From the human T2T-CHM13v2.0 reference genome, Homo sapiens, in assembly GCF_009914755.1 (NCBI RefSeq), contig NC_060927.1: a stretch of DNA of 64,000 nt. One strand, written 5' to 3'. Numbering within the stretch: position 1 is the first letter of the stretch; every line of letters starts with the position of its first letter. The notes beneath the pieces were generated by a model. That model had not been told where the DNA came from. It made no database searches and saw nothing but the letters and a program-made list of their open reading frames with translations. The position numbers were made by a program, and so were the translations under genes. Shown here piece after piece: positions 43,529 to 61,774 of the stretch.

Positions 43529-44110
43529 TTAAGCTGTATTTAATAAGTCTTGGAGTATACCATTTGAGATGGAATTGTTAAAGATGGGACATAGAGAAAC
43601 AGTCTTTTTAACTGCCTATAGTAAAAATAGCTAGGTGTTTAGCTACTTTTTTTTTTCTTTTTAAATCGATTTATCAAGATGAATAAATAGCTGCTATCTT
43701 GAAATATTCTAAGGGCAGGGGCCAGGTAGGCTGTGCGAGGTCAATATGTTAATCATGTTATTACACGTTTTAAGAAGATAAGCTAATTCTTGAAACTCAC
43801 CAAAGAGGAATTCATTGTACAAAAGAATATAGTTTATCCCTAAATTTGATGGAATGGTCTTTGATTGATGTTATAAGAAGAATAGACTTATTTTCCCTTT
43901 GGTTCATCAGTAGGGCGATCATATAATTACTAATAATTACATCAGGGCAGTAGGCATAAACCAAGATTGTCTTGGGCAAACCAGGACATGTAGTGATCTT
44001 ATACACCAGTCACATATAGTACTTTTAATATAAAGGGTAGATAAGTCTTTTAACTTCCTAGATGAAAAGAAGACATCCATTAATGTCATGACATCAGTAG
44101 TACGTAGTGA

Positions 44111-44571
<461 letters not shown>

Positions 44572-44963
44572 TTAAAATTGTTATTTGGAAATAATGCACG
44601 TGATAGACAACTCAAAACAGTAGAAAGGGATATATAGAAAAAGTAAGTTTTCCCATTTCCAGCCCCAAAGGCAATAGCTGTTATCAGTTTCTTGTGCATC
44701 CTGTGTGAATTACTTTAGATATACTTAATCTATAATAATAGATTATACACCCCTTTCCCCTACCTCCTTTTTTAAATAAACACAAATGGTAACTTGCTGT
44801 AAACACTGTTCTGTACCTTGGTTTTTTAACTTCAGATATCTTGGACTTTCCCCAGTGTTTTCACAATAAACCTGTGCAGTAATTTCCTTATTTACAAATG
44901 AAGAAAGTCAGGCTCAGAGTTTAAAGTAACTTGCTTTAAGGAAAAACGTATATTAAATATCTA

Positions 44964-45275
<312 letters not shown>

Positions 45276-46094
45276 TTAGCTAAGCAGGTACTTAGTAAAT
45301 GTTAGTTTCCATCACGTTCTCTTACCCAAATATGTCCTTATGCTTAATAAGCTTGGAGGAAGATAATCACAATTTTAGAAAAAAAAATACAATATACTTA
45401 AATGCCCACATAATGTGATATAATCAGTAACTACCCTGACAGTTCAGATATGGGAGAAATCAAGTGGTTTGGTTGGGGAAAACTTCATAGAAGAATATAG
45501 AGAGATTAGGAAAGAATTTAAACAGAAGGCCAAAAGGGAGGGCATCTAAGAAAGGAAGAGGGAATAGCATTAGCAAGAAAGTCCTAACTGGAATCAAAGG
45601 GGGAGAGGTGTTGGTAAGCCAAGGGGGCCTAATAAGCAGTGAAGACCATGAGTTCATGTGGTCTTTAGTGAGTGGCTTCTTTCACTTAGTACAGTGTTCT
45701 CAAGGTTCATCCATGTTGTGTCATGTATCAGTACTTGATTTCTTTTTATGGCTGAATAATACATATTTCATTGTAGGGATATACCATGTTTATCCATATG
45801 GTGGACATTTGGTTGTTTCCACCTTCAGCTGTTAAAATAATGTTGCCATGAACATTCATGTGCAAGTTTTTGCATGGCTATATTTTATTTTATTTTTTTA
45901 GGAACCTGGGAGTGGTTTTGCTGGGTCAGATGTTAATGATTATGTTTAACATTTTGAGGAGCTGCAAAACTGTTTTCCTAAGTGCATTGTTTTACATTCC
46001 CATCTAGCCAGTTCCCATCTTGCTATTATCCATGGTTTTTATTGTAGTTAGCCTAGTGAGTGTGAAGTGTTGTTTCATTGTGTCTTTGATTTTC

Positions 46095-46725
46095 TTTCTT
46101 TTTAAAAAAATTTTTAAATTTCTTTTTGAATTTTACTTTAAGTTTTGGGATACATGTGCAGAATGTGCAGGTTTGTTACATAGGTATACATGTGCCATGG
46201 TGATTTGCTGCACCTATCAACCTGTCATCTAGGTTTTAAGCCCCTCATACATTAGGTGTTTGTTCTAATGCTCTCCCTCCCCTTACCCCTCACCCTCTGA
46301 CAGGCCCTAGTGTGTGATGTTTCCCTCCCTGTGTCCATGTGTTTTCATTGCTCATCTCCCACTTATTTGTGAGAACATGCAGTGTTTGGTTTTCTGTTCC
46401 TGTGTTAATTTGCAGAGGATGATGGTTTCCAGCTTCATCCATGTTGCTGCAAATAACATGAACTGATTCTTTTTTATGGCTGCATAGTATTCCATGGTGT
46501 ATATGTGCCACGTTTTCTTTATCCAGTCTATCATTGATGGGAATTTGGGTTGGTTCCAAGCCTTTGGTATTGTAAATAGTGCTGCAATAAACGTATGTGT
46601 GCAGTGTCTTTATAGTAGAATTATTTATAATCCTTTGGATATATACCCAGTAATGGAATTGCTGGGTCAAATGGTATTTCTGGCTCTAGATCCTTGAGGA
46701 ATTGCCACACTGTCTCCAACAATGG
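46095..46725 (-). mobile_element. 5'-truncated L1PA (older primate, PA8-PA13-like) 3' end with 16-bp TSD tgtgtctttgattttc
   Basis: Reverse L1PA 3' UTR and ORF2 C-terminus (DWIKKTWHIYTMEYYAAIKK). TSD at 46079-46094 and 46726-46741. Confidence 0.92.
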
Positions 46726-46959
46726 TGTGTCTTTGATTTTCATTTTTAAAAAATGACATTCAGAATTGTATTTTTCTAATAGCAATGATGTTGAACATCT
46801 TTTTCATGTGATTATTGGGTATCTTCATTGGATCAAAATTGACATATTCTCATTGGAAAAATGTCTTTTAGATATTTTGCCTGTTTTATTAATAAAATTC
46901 AGGCTTTTTAATGGCTGAATTTTAAAAGTTCTTATTTATCTATCTAATATATCAATCTA

Positions 46960-47077
46960 TTAAGACAAGGTTTCACTATATTGCCCAGGCTGGTATTGAA
47001 CTCCTGGCCTCAAGTGATTCTCCTGCCTCAGCCTCCCAAAGTGCTGGGATTACACGTGTGAGCCACTGTGCCTGGCC
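46960..47077 (-). mobile_element. FLAM / Alu left monomer
   Basis: Reverse left arm only. Confidence 0.8.
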
Positions 47078-47289
47078 ATTAAAAATTATTTTTATTCCAG
47101 ATAAAAGTACTTTATTAGATACATGATTTACAAGTGTTTTCTACCCTGTCTGTGGGTTGTCTTTTTATTTTCTTGATGGTATTGCTTGCAGTACAAAAGT
47201 TTGTGGTTTCAATGAAGTCCAGTTTACCTATTTTTCTTTTGTTGCATGTGTTTTGGAATTGTATTTAAGAAACCATTATCTACTCCTCT

Positions 47290-47762
47290 TTATTATTATT
47301 ATTATTTTTTTTTGAGATAGGGTCTTGTTCAGTCACCAGAGCAGTGGTGCAATCCTAGCTCACTGCAGCCTCAAACTCCTGAGCTCAGGTGATGGTCCTG
47401 CCTCAGCCAAGTAGCTGGGACTACATGCATGCACCACTGCATCCGGCACACCTGATTGTTTTTTTTTTTTTTTTTTTTGAGATAGGGTCTCTTTCTGTCA
47501 CCCATGCCAGAGCTGTGGCATGATCATGGCTGTCTGCAGCCTCAGGCTCAAGCAGTCCTCCCACCTCAGCCTCTCCAGTAGCAGGGACTACAGATGTGCG
47601 CCACCACACCCAGCTTTTTTTTTTTTTTTTTTTTTTTAAGAGACAGGGTTTTGCCGTGTTGCCCGTTGCCCAGATTGGTCTTGAATTCCTGGGCCCAAGC
47701 AGTTTACCTGCCTCAGCCTCCCAAAGTGCTGGGATTACAGGCATGAGCCACCATGCCCAGCC
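47290..47762 (-). mobile_element. Tandem AluJ pieces (right arm + full AluJ)
   Basis: Reverse Alu segments separated by poly(T). Confidence 0.85.
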
Positions 47763-48295
47763 TATTCCTATATTTTCTTCTAAGAGTTTCATACTTTTAG
47801 TTTTTCGATTTGGATCAGTAATCCATTTTGAGTTAATTTTTGTGTGTGGTGTGAAGAAGGGTTCAGTTTCATTTTTTTGTTTGTGGCTATTCTTTTGTTC
47901 CCAACACCATTTGATAAAAAAGACTATTCTGTCTCCATTGAGCTGATTTGGCACTCTTGTCAAAAATCAATTTACCTGTAAATGTAAGAGTTTATTTCTG
48001 GGCTCTTAATTAGGTTCCATTGATCTTTGTATCTATCCTTTTGCTGGTACTACGATGTCTTAATTTCTGTGGCTTCATAGTAAGTTTTGAAATTGAGAAG
48101 GAAGTCCTCTAGCTTCGTTCTTTTTAAAGATTGTTTGGCTATTCTATGTTCCTTGCATTTCCATATGAATTTTAGGATCCGCTTGTCAATTTCTGTTTTT
48201 CATTTTGTTTTTTTTTAAACAGTCCAGCTGGGGTTTTTACAGGGTTTATGTTGAATCTGTACACCAGTTTGAGAAGTATTCCCATATTAATTTTA

Positions 48296-48590
48296 GGCTG
48301 GGTACAGTGGCTCATGCCTACTATATTCCCAGCACTTTGAGAGACCAAGGTGGAAAGATCACTTGAGGCCAGGAGTTTGAGATGAGCCTGATTAACAAAG
48401 TGAGACCCTCTTCTCTATAAAGAATAAAATAAGCCAGCCATGGTGGTGCACATCTGTAGTGCCAGCTAGTCAAGAGGCTGAGGTGGGAAGATCAGTTGAG
48501 CCCAGGAGTTCGAGGCTGCAGTGATTGCACCACTGCACTTCAGCCTGGGTGACAGAGACCCTGTCTCTAAAAAATAAAAAAAAAATTAAA
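48296..48590 (+). mobile_element. AluJ
   Basis: Alu consensus. Confidence 0.88.
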
Positions 48591-48599
48591 ATTCAGATC

Positions 48600-49017
48600 T
48601 GTACAGTTTGGATGTTTGTCCCCTCCAAATCCTGTGTTGAAATGTGATCCCCAGCATTGGAGGTGGGGCCTGGTGGGAGGTGTTTGGGTCACAGGGACAG
48701 ACCCTTCATGTATGGCTTGGTGCTGCTCTCACGGTAATGAGTGAGTTTTCACTTGCTTTGTTCATGCAAGATCTCATTGTTTAAACAATGTCTGGGACCT
48801 CCCCACTCTCTCATGCTCCCTTTCCTGTCATGTCACATGCCTGCTCTCCCTTCATCTTCTGCCATGAGTGGAAGCTTCCTGAGGCCTCACCAGAAGCAGA
48901 TGCTGGCACTATGCTTCTTGTACAACCTGGAGAACCATGAGCTAAATAAACCTTTTTTCTTTATAAATTACCTAGCCTTAGATACTCCTTTATAGCAACA
49001 CAAAATGGACTAACACA
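48600..49017 (+). mobile_element. MST (MSTA/MSTB-like) ERVL-MaLR solo LTR
   Basis: 'gtttggatgtttgtcccctccaaat...ggaggtggggcctggtgggaggtg...aaataaaccttttttctttataaattacc...ggactaacaca'. Confidence 0.9.
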
Positions 49018-49371
49018 TGATTCATGAACATTAAATGTCTTTTCAGTTATTTATATTTCCCTTAATTTATTTCAATGATGGTTTTTAGTCTGCAGTGTAC
49101 ATATTTTATGCTTATGTTAAATTTATTCTTATGTATTTTACTCAGATACTATTGTAAATTTGAATTTTTAAAAATTACATTTTCTGATTACTCACGGGTA
49201 GTATATAGCGATGGTTGGTTTTTGTGTATTAATTTTGTATCCTACAGCTTTGTTCAGCTTGTTTATTGGTCCTAAGAGCTTTTTAGTGGATTTGAGTTTT
49301 CTCTCTACAAGATCATGTCATCTGCAAATACAGATCGTGTTACTTCTTTTCCAATCTGAATACTTTTTATT

Positions 49372-49991
<620 letters not shown>

Positions 49992-50588
49992 TAATTCACC
50001 TGGCTACAACTTCCAGTAAAATATTGAATAGAAGTAGTAAGGGTATCAAGTTCTTTTGCTCTGAAAAAAATGAAAAATAAAATAAGTAGTAGTGAGGGTG
50101 GACATGTTTGTCTTGTTCCTCATCTTAGTCCTCAGAAATCATTTTCTTGTCACCATTAAGTATGGTGTTGGCTGTGGGTTTATCATTAGTGTCTGTTTAA
50201 GAGCCAAGCATTTTAATTTTGATGAAGCCCAGTTTGTCAGTTTTTTCTTGTGTGATTCATGCTTTTGTCTCCTCAGAAATCTGCCTACCCAAAGATTACA
50301 AAGATTTTTCTTCTGTTGTTTTTTTTTAATATAAGTTTTATGGTTTTAGCTGTTAAATTTAGGTCTCTTCATTTCTGTTCACAATTCAGTCTTTAAATGC
50401 ATATAGGAGAGTTGGAGGGGAGAGGAGACACTTGTCCCTCTTAACTTGTTTCTTGGTAATGAGTGAATTGGTGAAAATAACTACATGTACACCTGTAGTC
50501 TTGCTTTGTACAGGTTTTGCATTTGGTAGTCTGCCAGTGCTCAAAAATTCCTGGTGGTGGTTTTTCAGGGATACCACCCAGTGACCAT

Positions 50589-51392
50589 CTGTGGTGGTCA
50601 TATGTTATTTGTTCACCCAACATCCCCCTGGGGTACCAACACTCCTCATTTTATAATAATTCGTTTTATCCACATGGTTCAAGTGGGTCTTTTTTTACCC
50701 TCCAGTGGTGATAGGCTGACCCAAGCCCAGGCCCATCAGAATGCTTTATCTTGGTCAGGCATGGTGGCTCATGCCTGTAATCCCAGCACTTTGGGAGACC
50801 GAGGTGCATGGATCACCTGAGGTCAGGAGTTTGAGACCAGTCTGGCCAACATGGCGAAACCCCACGTCTACTAAAAATAGAAAAATTAACCGATTGTGGT
50901 AGTGCATGCCTATAGTCCCAGCTACTCGGGAGGCTGAGGCAGGAGAATCGCTTGAACCTGAGAGGCAGAGGTTGCAGTGAGCCAAAATTGTGCCTGGGCA
51001 ACAGAGAGAGACTCAGTCTCAAAAAAAAAAAAAAAAAAAAGCTTTATGCATCTACCCACAGTGATTGGTTCAGAGAGGGTATTTAACTTAATCTGAACTG
51101 ATGAGAGATATACCAAAGTATTTGGGAGGGATGTTTTTAAAGCTTACCTCTTTTCCTGAGATATATTATCTTTTCCAAGCTATCCTATGTGGAGAGCCAG
51201 TCTCAAAATGAAGTCAACCCAAAATTGAGGGGTTAGTGAGAAACTCTTAATGACACTGTCTGTCCCTTCGGGTCCATCCTTGGCCTGAAGCCTTCTCATG
51301 GCCTTTTTGATGATGTGGGCCAGTTTATCTTTTGGCCCAGGCTCTTTTGAGTCAGGTATCTATACTTGTAACAGAAAAAGCCCTAACTAATA
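50589..51392 (+). mobile_element. Old MLT1 (J/K/L-like) MaLR LTR interrupted by an Alu
   Basis: 'tgacccaagcccaggcccatcaga', 'cacagtgattggttcag', and end 'acttgtaacagaaaaagccctaactaata'. Confidence 0.55.
50753..51040 (+). mobile_element. AluS
   Basis: Alu consensus with a short 3' deletion. Confidence 0.9.
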
Positions 51393-52324
51393 AGCTATTA
51401 GTCTTCTTGAATAAATTTTTAATATGTAGGAGTTACAAATACATTAGGCTCTGTCTTATTAATGGACAGTAAAAGGACAATAACTTTTGTGTGTGCTCTT
51501 GGAAGTAGCAGCTCCTTGTGGCTTTAAAGAAATTCTGTTAAATACGTAGGATTATGATACTGTTTTGTGGAAGGCTGAATTTAAGTCCTAAGGTTACATG
51601 AGAATTCACTGAGAAGCATATCTTTAAATGTCTGCTTTTAATGAAGATATAGATTAATTATTCACTTGACAAACTTGTTGGTATTTTATGGGAGAATTCA
51701 GTGCATATAGAGGCTTCAAAAGGCAGATTGTCCACTGACAGGTTAGGATTCTCAAGTGTAATTTTTTATTACTTTAGAGCCGTAATTATTTTGTGAGAGA
51801 CAGTATCTTTGAATTAAAATGAGAAATGTTTTTCAACTTAGAGATTCAACTCATTTCAGGGATGTGTTTAATCCAAAAATAGAGAGTTCATTATGTAGTG
51901 GTGAAATTAAAACATTTATTAAAAGCAGTCTTTGGGTTTAAGTAGGTAGATCTCAAAAGTGTCTTTTTCCTTCTTATTGGTTAACTAAGGGACACAAATA
52001 CACAACCTTCTCTAGGAAACACTTCTACCATTCTTACTAGTTTATGTTTTAATTTTTCAATTTTATTAAATTAGTACATCTTGATACGTTAATTTTCATA
52101 TTGTTTCATTTCATTATAATACCTTCATTAGTTATATGGGATTTTACTATGTTAATTTTAACCTTTAAAGTGAAAAGACTAACTGTTGATTATTGGAAAG
52201 CAAAAATATAGCTTTAGATTTTTGTGACAGCCGTTATTAATACATAGTTAAGCAGTCATTATTTCTTTGGAAGAGTTAGCACTTGTTCCTTAAAAATAAT
52301 TGTATGCATAGAAATAGTGCTTTA

Positions 52325-52663
<339 letters not shown>

Positions 52664-52804
52664 TTACATAGCTTATTTCCTTCAAGGTTCAGTTCCGTGA
52701 GGTGTGGTATGTGGAATAGCATTAGCTGTGTTTTCCAGATGAGGAAACTGAGGACTGAACTGGAATTTGCATGCTGTTCAGATTTTTTAAGTTCCCTGTG
52801 TGGT

Positions 52805-53095
<291 letters not shown>

Positions 53096-53634
53096 TGTGG
53101 TTTCTTATATCATACTGTTAAGTGTACTTTTAAAGCTTTAAAAAGCAGTGTTAACCCTTTCTTAAAACAGATTTCAGGGAAGACAGACGTTTAAAACATT
53201 AGCCTTCTCTCCCCATCTGGAGTATGGTTTGGAAGTCATTGCTTTGTAGTAAGGCATTATTTTCCTGGTACATTGCCAAGGACCAACAACTGTTAAATCA
53301 ACAAACTAAGATTTTCTTCTAGATTTGTATCGGATTGTGACTTTGCTTTCTCCCTTTCATCACCCATTAATGCTTAGTAAAGCCACTATGGACCTCACGT
53401 ATCTAAACCCTTCCCTGAAATGCATCTCTCTTTTCATACCACTCCAATGGGAACTCCTGTTGATTTGTTTCTGGGCCCTGACAGATTAGCAGGAAAAGAA
53501 AGCGCTTTAGAAAAGTGAGAGGGGAGTTCAGAGGTTAGAGGGGAATCAGAAAATTAATGTCATGATTATCAAGAATGTTTCCAGAAGGCAGGGCTCATCA
53601 GTCCTTGACAAAAAGGCTGATGAAAAAAATGGAG

Positions 53635-53800
53635 TTGAGTGCAGCCGATCACCTCAATAATCCTAGCAGTTTGGCAAGCTGAGGCAGGAGGATCACTTAA
53701 GTCCCGGATTTTGAGGTTGCAGTGCGCTGTGATCACAACACTGCACTCGGCCTGGGTGACAGAGCTAGGCTGTCTCTTAAAAAAAAAAAAAAAAAAAGAG
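53635..53800 (+). mobile_element. FRAM-like Alu monomer
   Basis: Diverged right-type monomer with A tail. Confidence 0.7.
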
Positions 53801-54628
53801 AGAGAATGAGAAATGCCATTTAATTTTGAGCCTGGCAGGTCTTTGGTGACTTTTGAGACTAGTTTACTGTGGAATGTTGAGGTAAAGTAGGACTGAATCA
53901 CATGTAGAGGGATCTGTGTGTATTTAGGAGAAGCATCAGGAAATTGGCACTGAAGGGCAGGAGAAAGCTGGCCCAGCAGCCTGGAGGGGTAGAGGTGTTC
54001 AGGAGTATGTTTTAGAGTCTGGTGGTTTTTTTTTTCTTTCTGCATAGGAAAGTTTGAACTTTTTGTAACCAAGTGTTCTATTCACTGTTAAAGTAAAAGA
54101 GGAATTAGGTAAAGACCACATGTTTATCTTAGAAAGAAGCACACATTTTTGTGAAATGAAAGAAGAGAGGAGTGAAAATAGAAATTTTCATGTGGGAAGA
54201 ATTGAAGTTGAGGTAGCAAGGAATACCAAGACAACTGAGAAGTCCTTATAAAGAACACATTCAGTACTTTTAAGATGTTATTTTCCAAAACATACACTTT
54301 TGGGTTGCCTGTCAGACTGGAGATGTATGCCTGTCGAGTCACGTTACACTGAATTTATTTAGGAAATAGTCTGACATACAGAAGTTTCACTTCTCCTGCC
54401 ACTTGTGAAGGATTTGTCTCATTGGTGTGGTGTCAGCCTGGTGAGATAGGACTTGCTTGTGGTTTGGAAGCTGTCTGTGGGCAACTCCAAGAGCTGTTGT
54501 GCTCTGCCTCTTTATGAACCTTCTGTGCTTATGGAAATGGTTCCCAGCGTGTGCTCCTCAGGAATGAGTCTGAGTGACAGAGGTGCCAGTAGGCTATGAG
54601 ATGGTAGCAATGACCTTAGCTAGTCTTT

Positions 54629-54812
54629 TTTGTTTGTTTTGTTTTGAGACAGAGTCTCGCTCCGTTGCCCAGGCTGGAGTGCAGTGGTGCGATCTCGGCT
54701 CACTGCAACCTCTGTCACCCAGGTTCAACCTCTGTCACCCAGGTTCATGCCACCGTGCCTGGCTAATTTTTGTATTTTTATTGGAGATGGGGTTTCACCA
54801 TATTGGCCTGGC
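54629..54812 (-). mobile_element. Rearranged 5'-truncated Alu with 18-bp TSD tgaccttagctagtcttt
   Basis: TSD at 54611-54628 and 54813-54830. Confidence 0.9.
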
Positions 54813-55061
54813 TGACCTTAGCTAGTCTTTCTTAAGAGGCTGGGAGCCTGAGGACAGTTGAGAGGTACTGAGCTAGTTAAACCTCAGGCGCTTTCCCTGC
54901 GAAGGCTCTATGGCAGATACCACTTGGGGCTATAGAAGCTGTTACCTACAGTGTAAATTCTGGATTTCAATGCAGAGGGCAGACATAGGGCTACTAATTT
55001 TATTTTGTTTTGCAAGGACATTGAAAAAAAGTCATTGTTTACTGTCGTCAGCATTTTATAA

Positions 55062-55407
<346 letters not shown>

Positions 55408-56339
55408 TGACAATGGAAGACAAACCTTTATATTGAGTAAATTAAAATTTATGAAAAAAATGTAATGCTTTCTCTTATTCTTACCACTCGTGTGTAAGAA
55501 CAACTGACCTGCAGCACTGAAGCTATTCATTTTTGAGAAACTTGTCCTAAATACTTGTCCTCCCTCCTCCCCACTTTCTCACAAGTAAAAGAAAGGGAGC
55601 TTGAAAGCTGGCATGCTATCTGCTTACATGTGAGGGAGAGGAGGGTTGCCCATAGGAAATTTTTATATTGGGCCCATTTCTAAGCCACCCTCACTTGAGC
55701 TCGTCTTTAACAATTTACCTCATATCAAATACCTCGTATTTTAATCATTTATTGTTGGACAGTCCCCCACCCCCCAATTTGGCTGGTAGTTTTATGAGAA
55801 AAGGCATTAATTATTTACCATTTTTGTGTATCTTACTAGAATTTTGCCATATTCATTAAATGGAACTGATTGCTAGTCTAAACTTACTACCAGTTACCTC
55901 ACTAAACACTCCTGGCCAAACAATATCTAGTGCCAGCTCTAGTTCAGCCTGCCTTTGCCTGAGGCCAGATCCTTCTGCTCTGCCCGTGGAAGCTGGTTGA
56001 GAGGAAGTGATGTTTAATCCTTGACCTACTTTTCATCTTCCCAGAGAGTAATGTGCCTGCAGCTGTTCTTTCACTCTCTTGTTAAATTCTTGCTTTCTTT
56101 TACTCCTTAAGGGAGGTATGAGGCATGGAAATTTTCCTCCATCTCCAACACTGCTACCTCCTCACTTCACCTGAGCACATGCCCCATGACTCTCCATATT
56201 ACCTGCTCCCACCCTTGTGACTTTGATATCCATGTGGATGACCCATATCTATCTGCTTACCAGTGTCTGCTTACCAGGTTCTTCATCCAGAAACATTAGC
56301 CCAAATGAAGCTTCTCTCACCTGAGCAACAGTTGGCCAT

Positions 56340-56500
56340 GCCATAGCAAATGGAGTGGCCTTTGTAATACAGAGATTTGAGTCCAGTCTTTGCCAGTTAG
56401 CAGCTGAATGGCCTTAAGGTTAATTACTTAAAGTCTCTGGGCCTCAGTTTCCTCTAATGCAAAACAGAGATATTCTCTCCAAAATGGTGTTGAAGAACTT
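56340..56500 (+). mobile_element. MIR
   Basis: gatttgagtccagtctttgcca...ctctgggcctcagtttcctc. Confidence 0.65.
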
Positions 56501-58181
56501 GCTGTGGCTTTGCCTTACCCAGTTCATTGAGGGTAAACTGTCTTCCCTGGTTTTTAAAGCCCTTAATGATTTGGCCTCAACCTGCCCATCCAGCAGGCAA
56601 AATTCTTTGGTACCTAGCATAGTATTGAACAAATACTAAGTATGAATATGTATTTTTATTGGTTTATTATATTATTATAAAGCATATAAGGATTTATTTC
56701 GTACTCTCATTGTTTCATGCCTAACAGTCCCGACTGCTGGAGCCACTGAAATTTTCATTTACTTTGTTTTGAAGAAGCAGTTCAGAACCACGTCCTGTGT
56801 GCAGGTTTTGCACACAGCAGATGTGTAAGGATGTCTTGAAATAAGGGATGGTTCTTCTGACATTGCTGAAGGAGAAAATCATTTTGCTCTACCAGACTGA
56901 AATTCAGAGCTCAGCCCTTTGCTGCCAGCTTGCTCTCACAGCTGTCTGTCCTTGGTTTCTGGGTGCTTTCACCTTGGCTAGATGAAGATGAACGTTCTGA
57001 CCCGCTCAGGTTTCTGTAGGGTTGAGACTCTGCTGCCACTACTGCTCCTTTGATGCTGGTGACTGCACCTCACTAAATTAGCTGTTCGGCTAGACAAATC
57101 TTTAGCGCTCTGGTTTTACCTTTTTAGCAATGTTTTAGCTGGTATGCTTCCTTGTGGCTTTGTGGGGCTCATTGTTAATGGAAGCGCACATTAACAAAAC
57201 ACTAAAATGGCCAAACATCAACAATGACTTTAGTTAACAAAATTCTGAGAGAGGTACAATTAGTAGTCAGAAATGGACTGTATTAAAGTGGCTATCCTAT
57301 GAGTTTATCTTGATACTATCTTACCTCATGCTTACGTGGTGTTGAATGTGCCTTGTATCTAAAGCTGTGGGTCCTGGCTCTTAACAACAAGCACAACCCA
57401 ACCAACGTATCAAGTGAACTGACTAAAAGTATTCATTTTGCTTAAATGTGTTTCTTTCCCATACACTTACCTCTTTATTTGCTATAAGCCATAAACATCA
57501 AAATGGTGTTTTTTAAAGAATATGAAGCCTTATTTTTTAACTTCTTGAAATAAAACTAGGTAGTACCTAAAATAGCATGTACACTATATTTAAACTATTG
57601 CATATAATAGTAAATGAATTCACTAGGGATGTAACTAATGGTGAACATTCTTTGAACTAAAATGAAGGTACATGATTTGATTGTTTTTCGAAATGTTAAT
57701 ATATAAACAGACAAGGAGATATATATATGTAAAGTCACATTTTATTTATTTAGTAAGTGATGACTGCACCAAATGCTACACAGCCATGCTTGGAGTGATG
57801 CTTGGGATGTCTATTTAACAATACCGCAGGGAGACTGCACAGGCCAGAAAAAGACAGTTTGCATTCCCTTCTGCTCCTTAAAGGTAGAATGTAGACATCT
57901 TATTTGTATATGTGTTGATGCCTTCGGAGGATCTGTGGTTTATTGATAACTCTTTAGTATTGTTACTATGAAGTAGTTATGATTTCCCCAGAGACAATTT
58001 TGTTTCCATTGCCAGTGCTCTTGTCCAGGTTGTTAGACCTCCTATAGCCTCTTTAATTAGGCTCTCTGCTTCACTTATTGAAGGCTCTAAGTAGCTTCTT
58101 GTTTCTGAATTGTTTGATGTTTTCAGTGTTTGGAGTTACCTATTTCTGAAGACAGTGACTAGTTTTCTGTTACCTCACTCC

Positions 58182-58966
58182 TGATACGGAAGGGAGACAG
58201 GGAAGTGCTGGGAGGAGAAGGGTGGGTCCCTGGCGAGGGCTCCACCCCCGGGCCTGTGCCCACAGACCTAGGTGAAGACAGGCACTCCAGCCTTCACGTC
58301 CAAATGTTGCATTTCCCAAGACCACTTTGACCCGCCACGCCCCCATTCTGTGCCTATAAAAACCCCAAGACCCTAGCAGGAAGACACACAAGCTGGATGC
58401 CGAGAGAAACACATTGGCGAAGGAATACACAGGTGGATGGACGTCGAGAGGAATGCACTGGTGTAGGAGCACACTGGGATGCCAGCAGGCCATCGACTGG
58501 TGGAATGACACAAAGTTTGGCTGGGGCAGTTGGAGAAGAGTTGGGCCACCAAGCGGCCAGACTCCAGGGGAAAACCATTTCCCTTCTGGCTGCCCCATCT
58601 GCTGAGAGCTGCTTCCACTCAATAAAACCTCGCACTCATTCTCCAAGCCCACATGTGATCCTATTCTTCTGGTATGCCAAAGCCAGGATACAGAAAGCCC
58701 TCTGTCCTTGCCATAAGGCAGGGGTCTAATTGAGCTGGTTAACAGAAGCCGCCTATGGACGGCTAAACTAAAAGAGCATCCTGTAACATATGCCCACTGG
58801 GGCTTCAGCTGTAAACATTTACCCCTAGACACTGCCGTGGGGTCGGCGCCTCACAGCCCGCCTGTCTGTATGCTCCCCTAGAGGTTTGAGCAGCGGGACA
58901 CTGAAGAATTGAGCCACACCCCCATCACACACCTGCAAGTGGGACAAGGGAACCTTTCCCATTTCA
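58182..58966 (+). mobile_element. ERV1 solo LTR (LTR1-family-like), 785 bp
   Basis: TG...CA termini (tgatacgg...atttca), imperfect 4-bp TSD ctcc/ctgc, GC box 58331-58344, TATAAAA 58355-58361, AATAAA 58621-58626. Subfamily assigned from memory of the consensus. Confidence 0.85.
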
Positions 58967-59499
58967 CTGCTGTGACAGTGCAAAGCTATTAAAATCTGAA
59001 TTGCTTAGCAGGCATGTAAGGTCCTCTCTGCTCTGGTCTCATTTAATCTTTCAGGTTCTATCTTCACCTTCATTTCTGCAGGAGAAACACATCTCTGTAC
59101 CAAAAGTTCTTCGGTTTGGTCACCCTTTCCCCTGAAAAAAACGTATTAAGCTCTGTAAGCATAACTTAGATACCATTACACTGTGAAACCTTCTCAGTTT
59201 TCCATAGAATACATTTCTGTGTTCTGTCTGTTCCTTTGAAAACATTTTTTTAGTTTGTATTGTACTATATGTGGTGCAGTGTGCAATGAACTATATGTCC
59301 CTGGCATATAGTTATCCCTGAATTATGTGGTGAATCTATAATATTAAGCTAATATGTTATGCTTGATTTCTGGGGACCAAGTAGATGATCATTTGGAAAA
59401 ATATACCACCATTGTGCATGGCAGAGGAACTTCATTTGGTAAAGAATTGTGTCACATGGTTATAGGTTGTAAGATACTATCTTTTTCCTTTCCGTCTTA

Positions 59500-59765
<266 letters not shown>

Positions 59766-59779
59766 TAGTTTTCATTTTT

Positions 59780-61770
<1,991 letters not shown>

Positions 61771-61774
61771 CAGA

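Noticed and set aside
46290-46670. ORFs with L1 ORF2 C-terminal similarity
   Set aside because: Short 5'-truncated L1PA remnant, not an active element.
58170-58832. 220-aa minus-strand ORF and overlapping ORFs
   Set aside because: Contained within the solo LTR; no gag/pol/env motifs.
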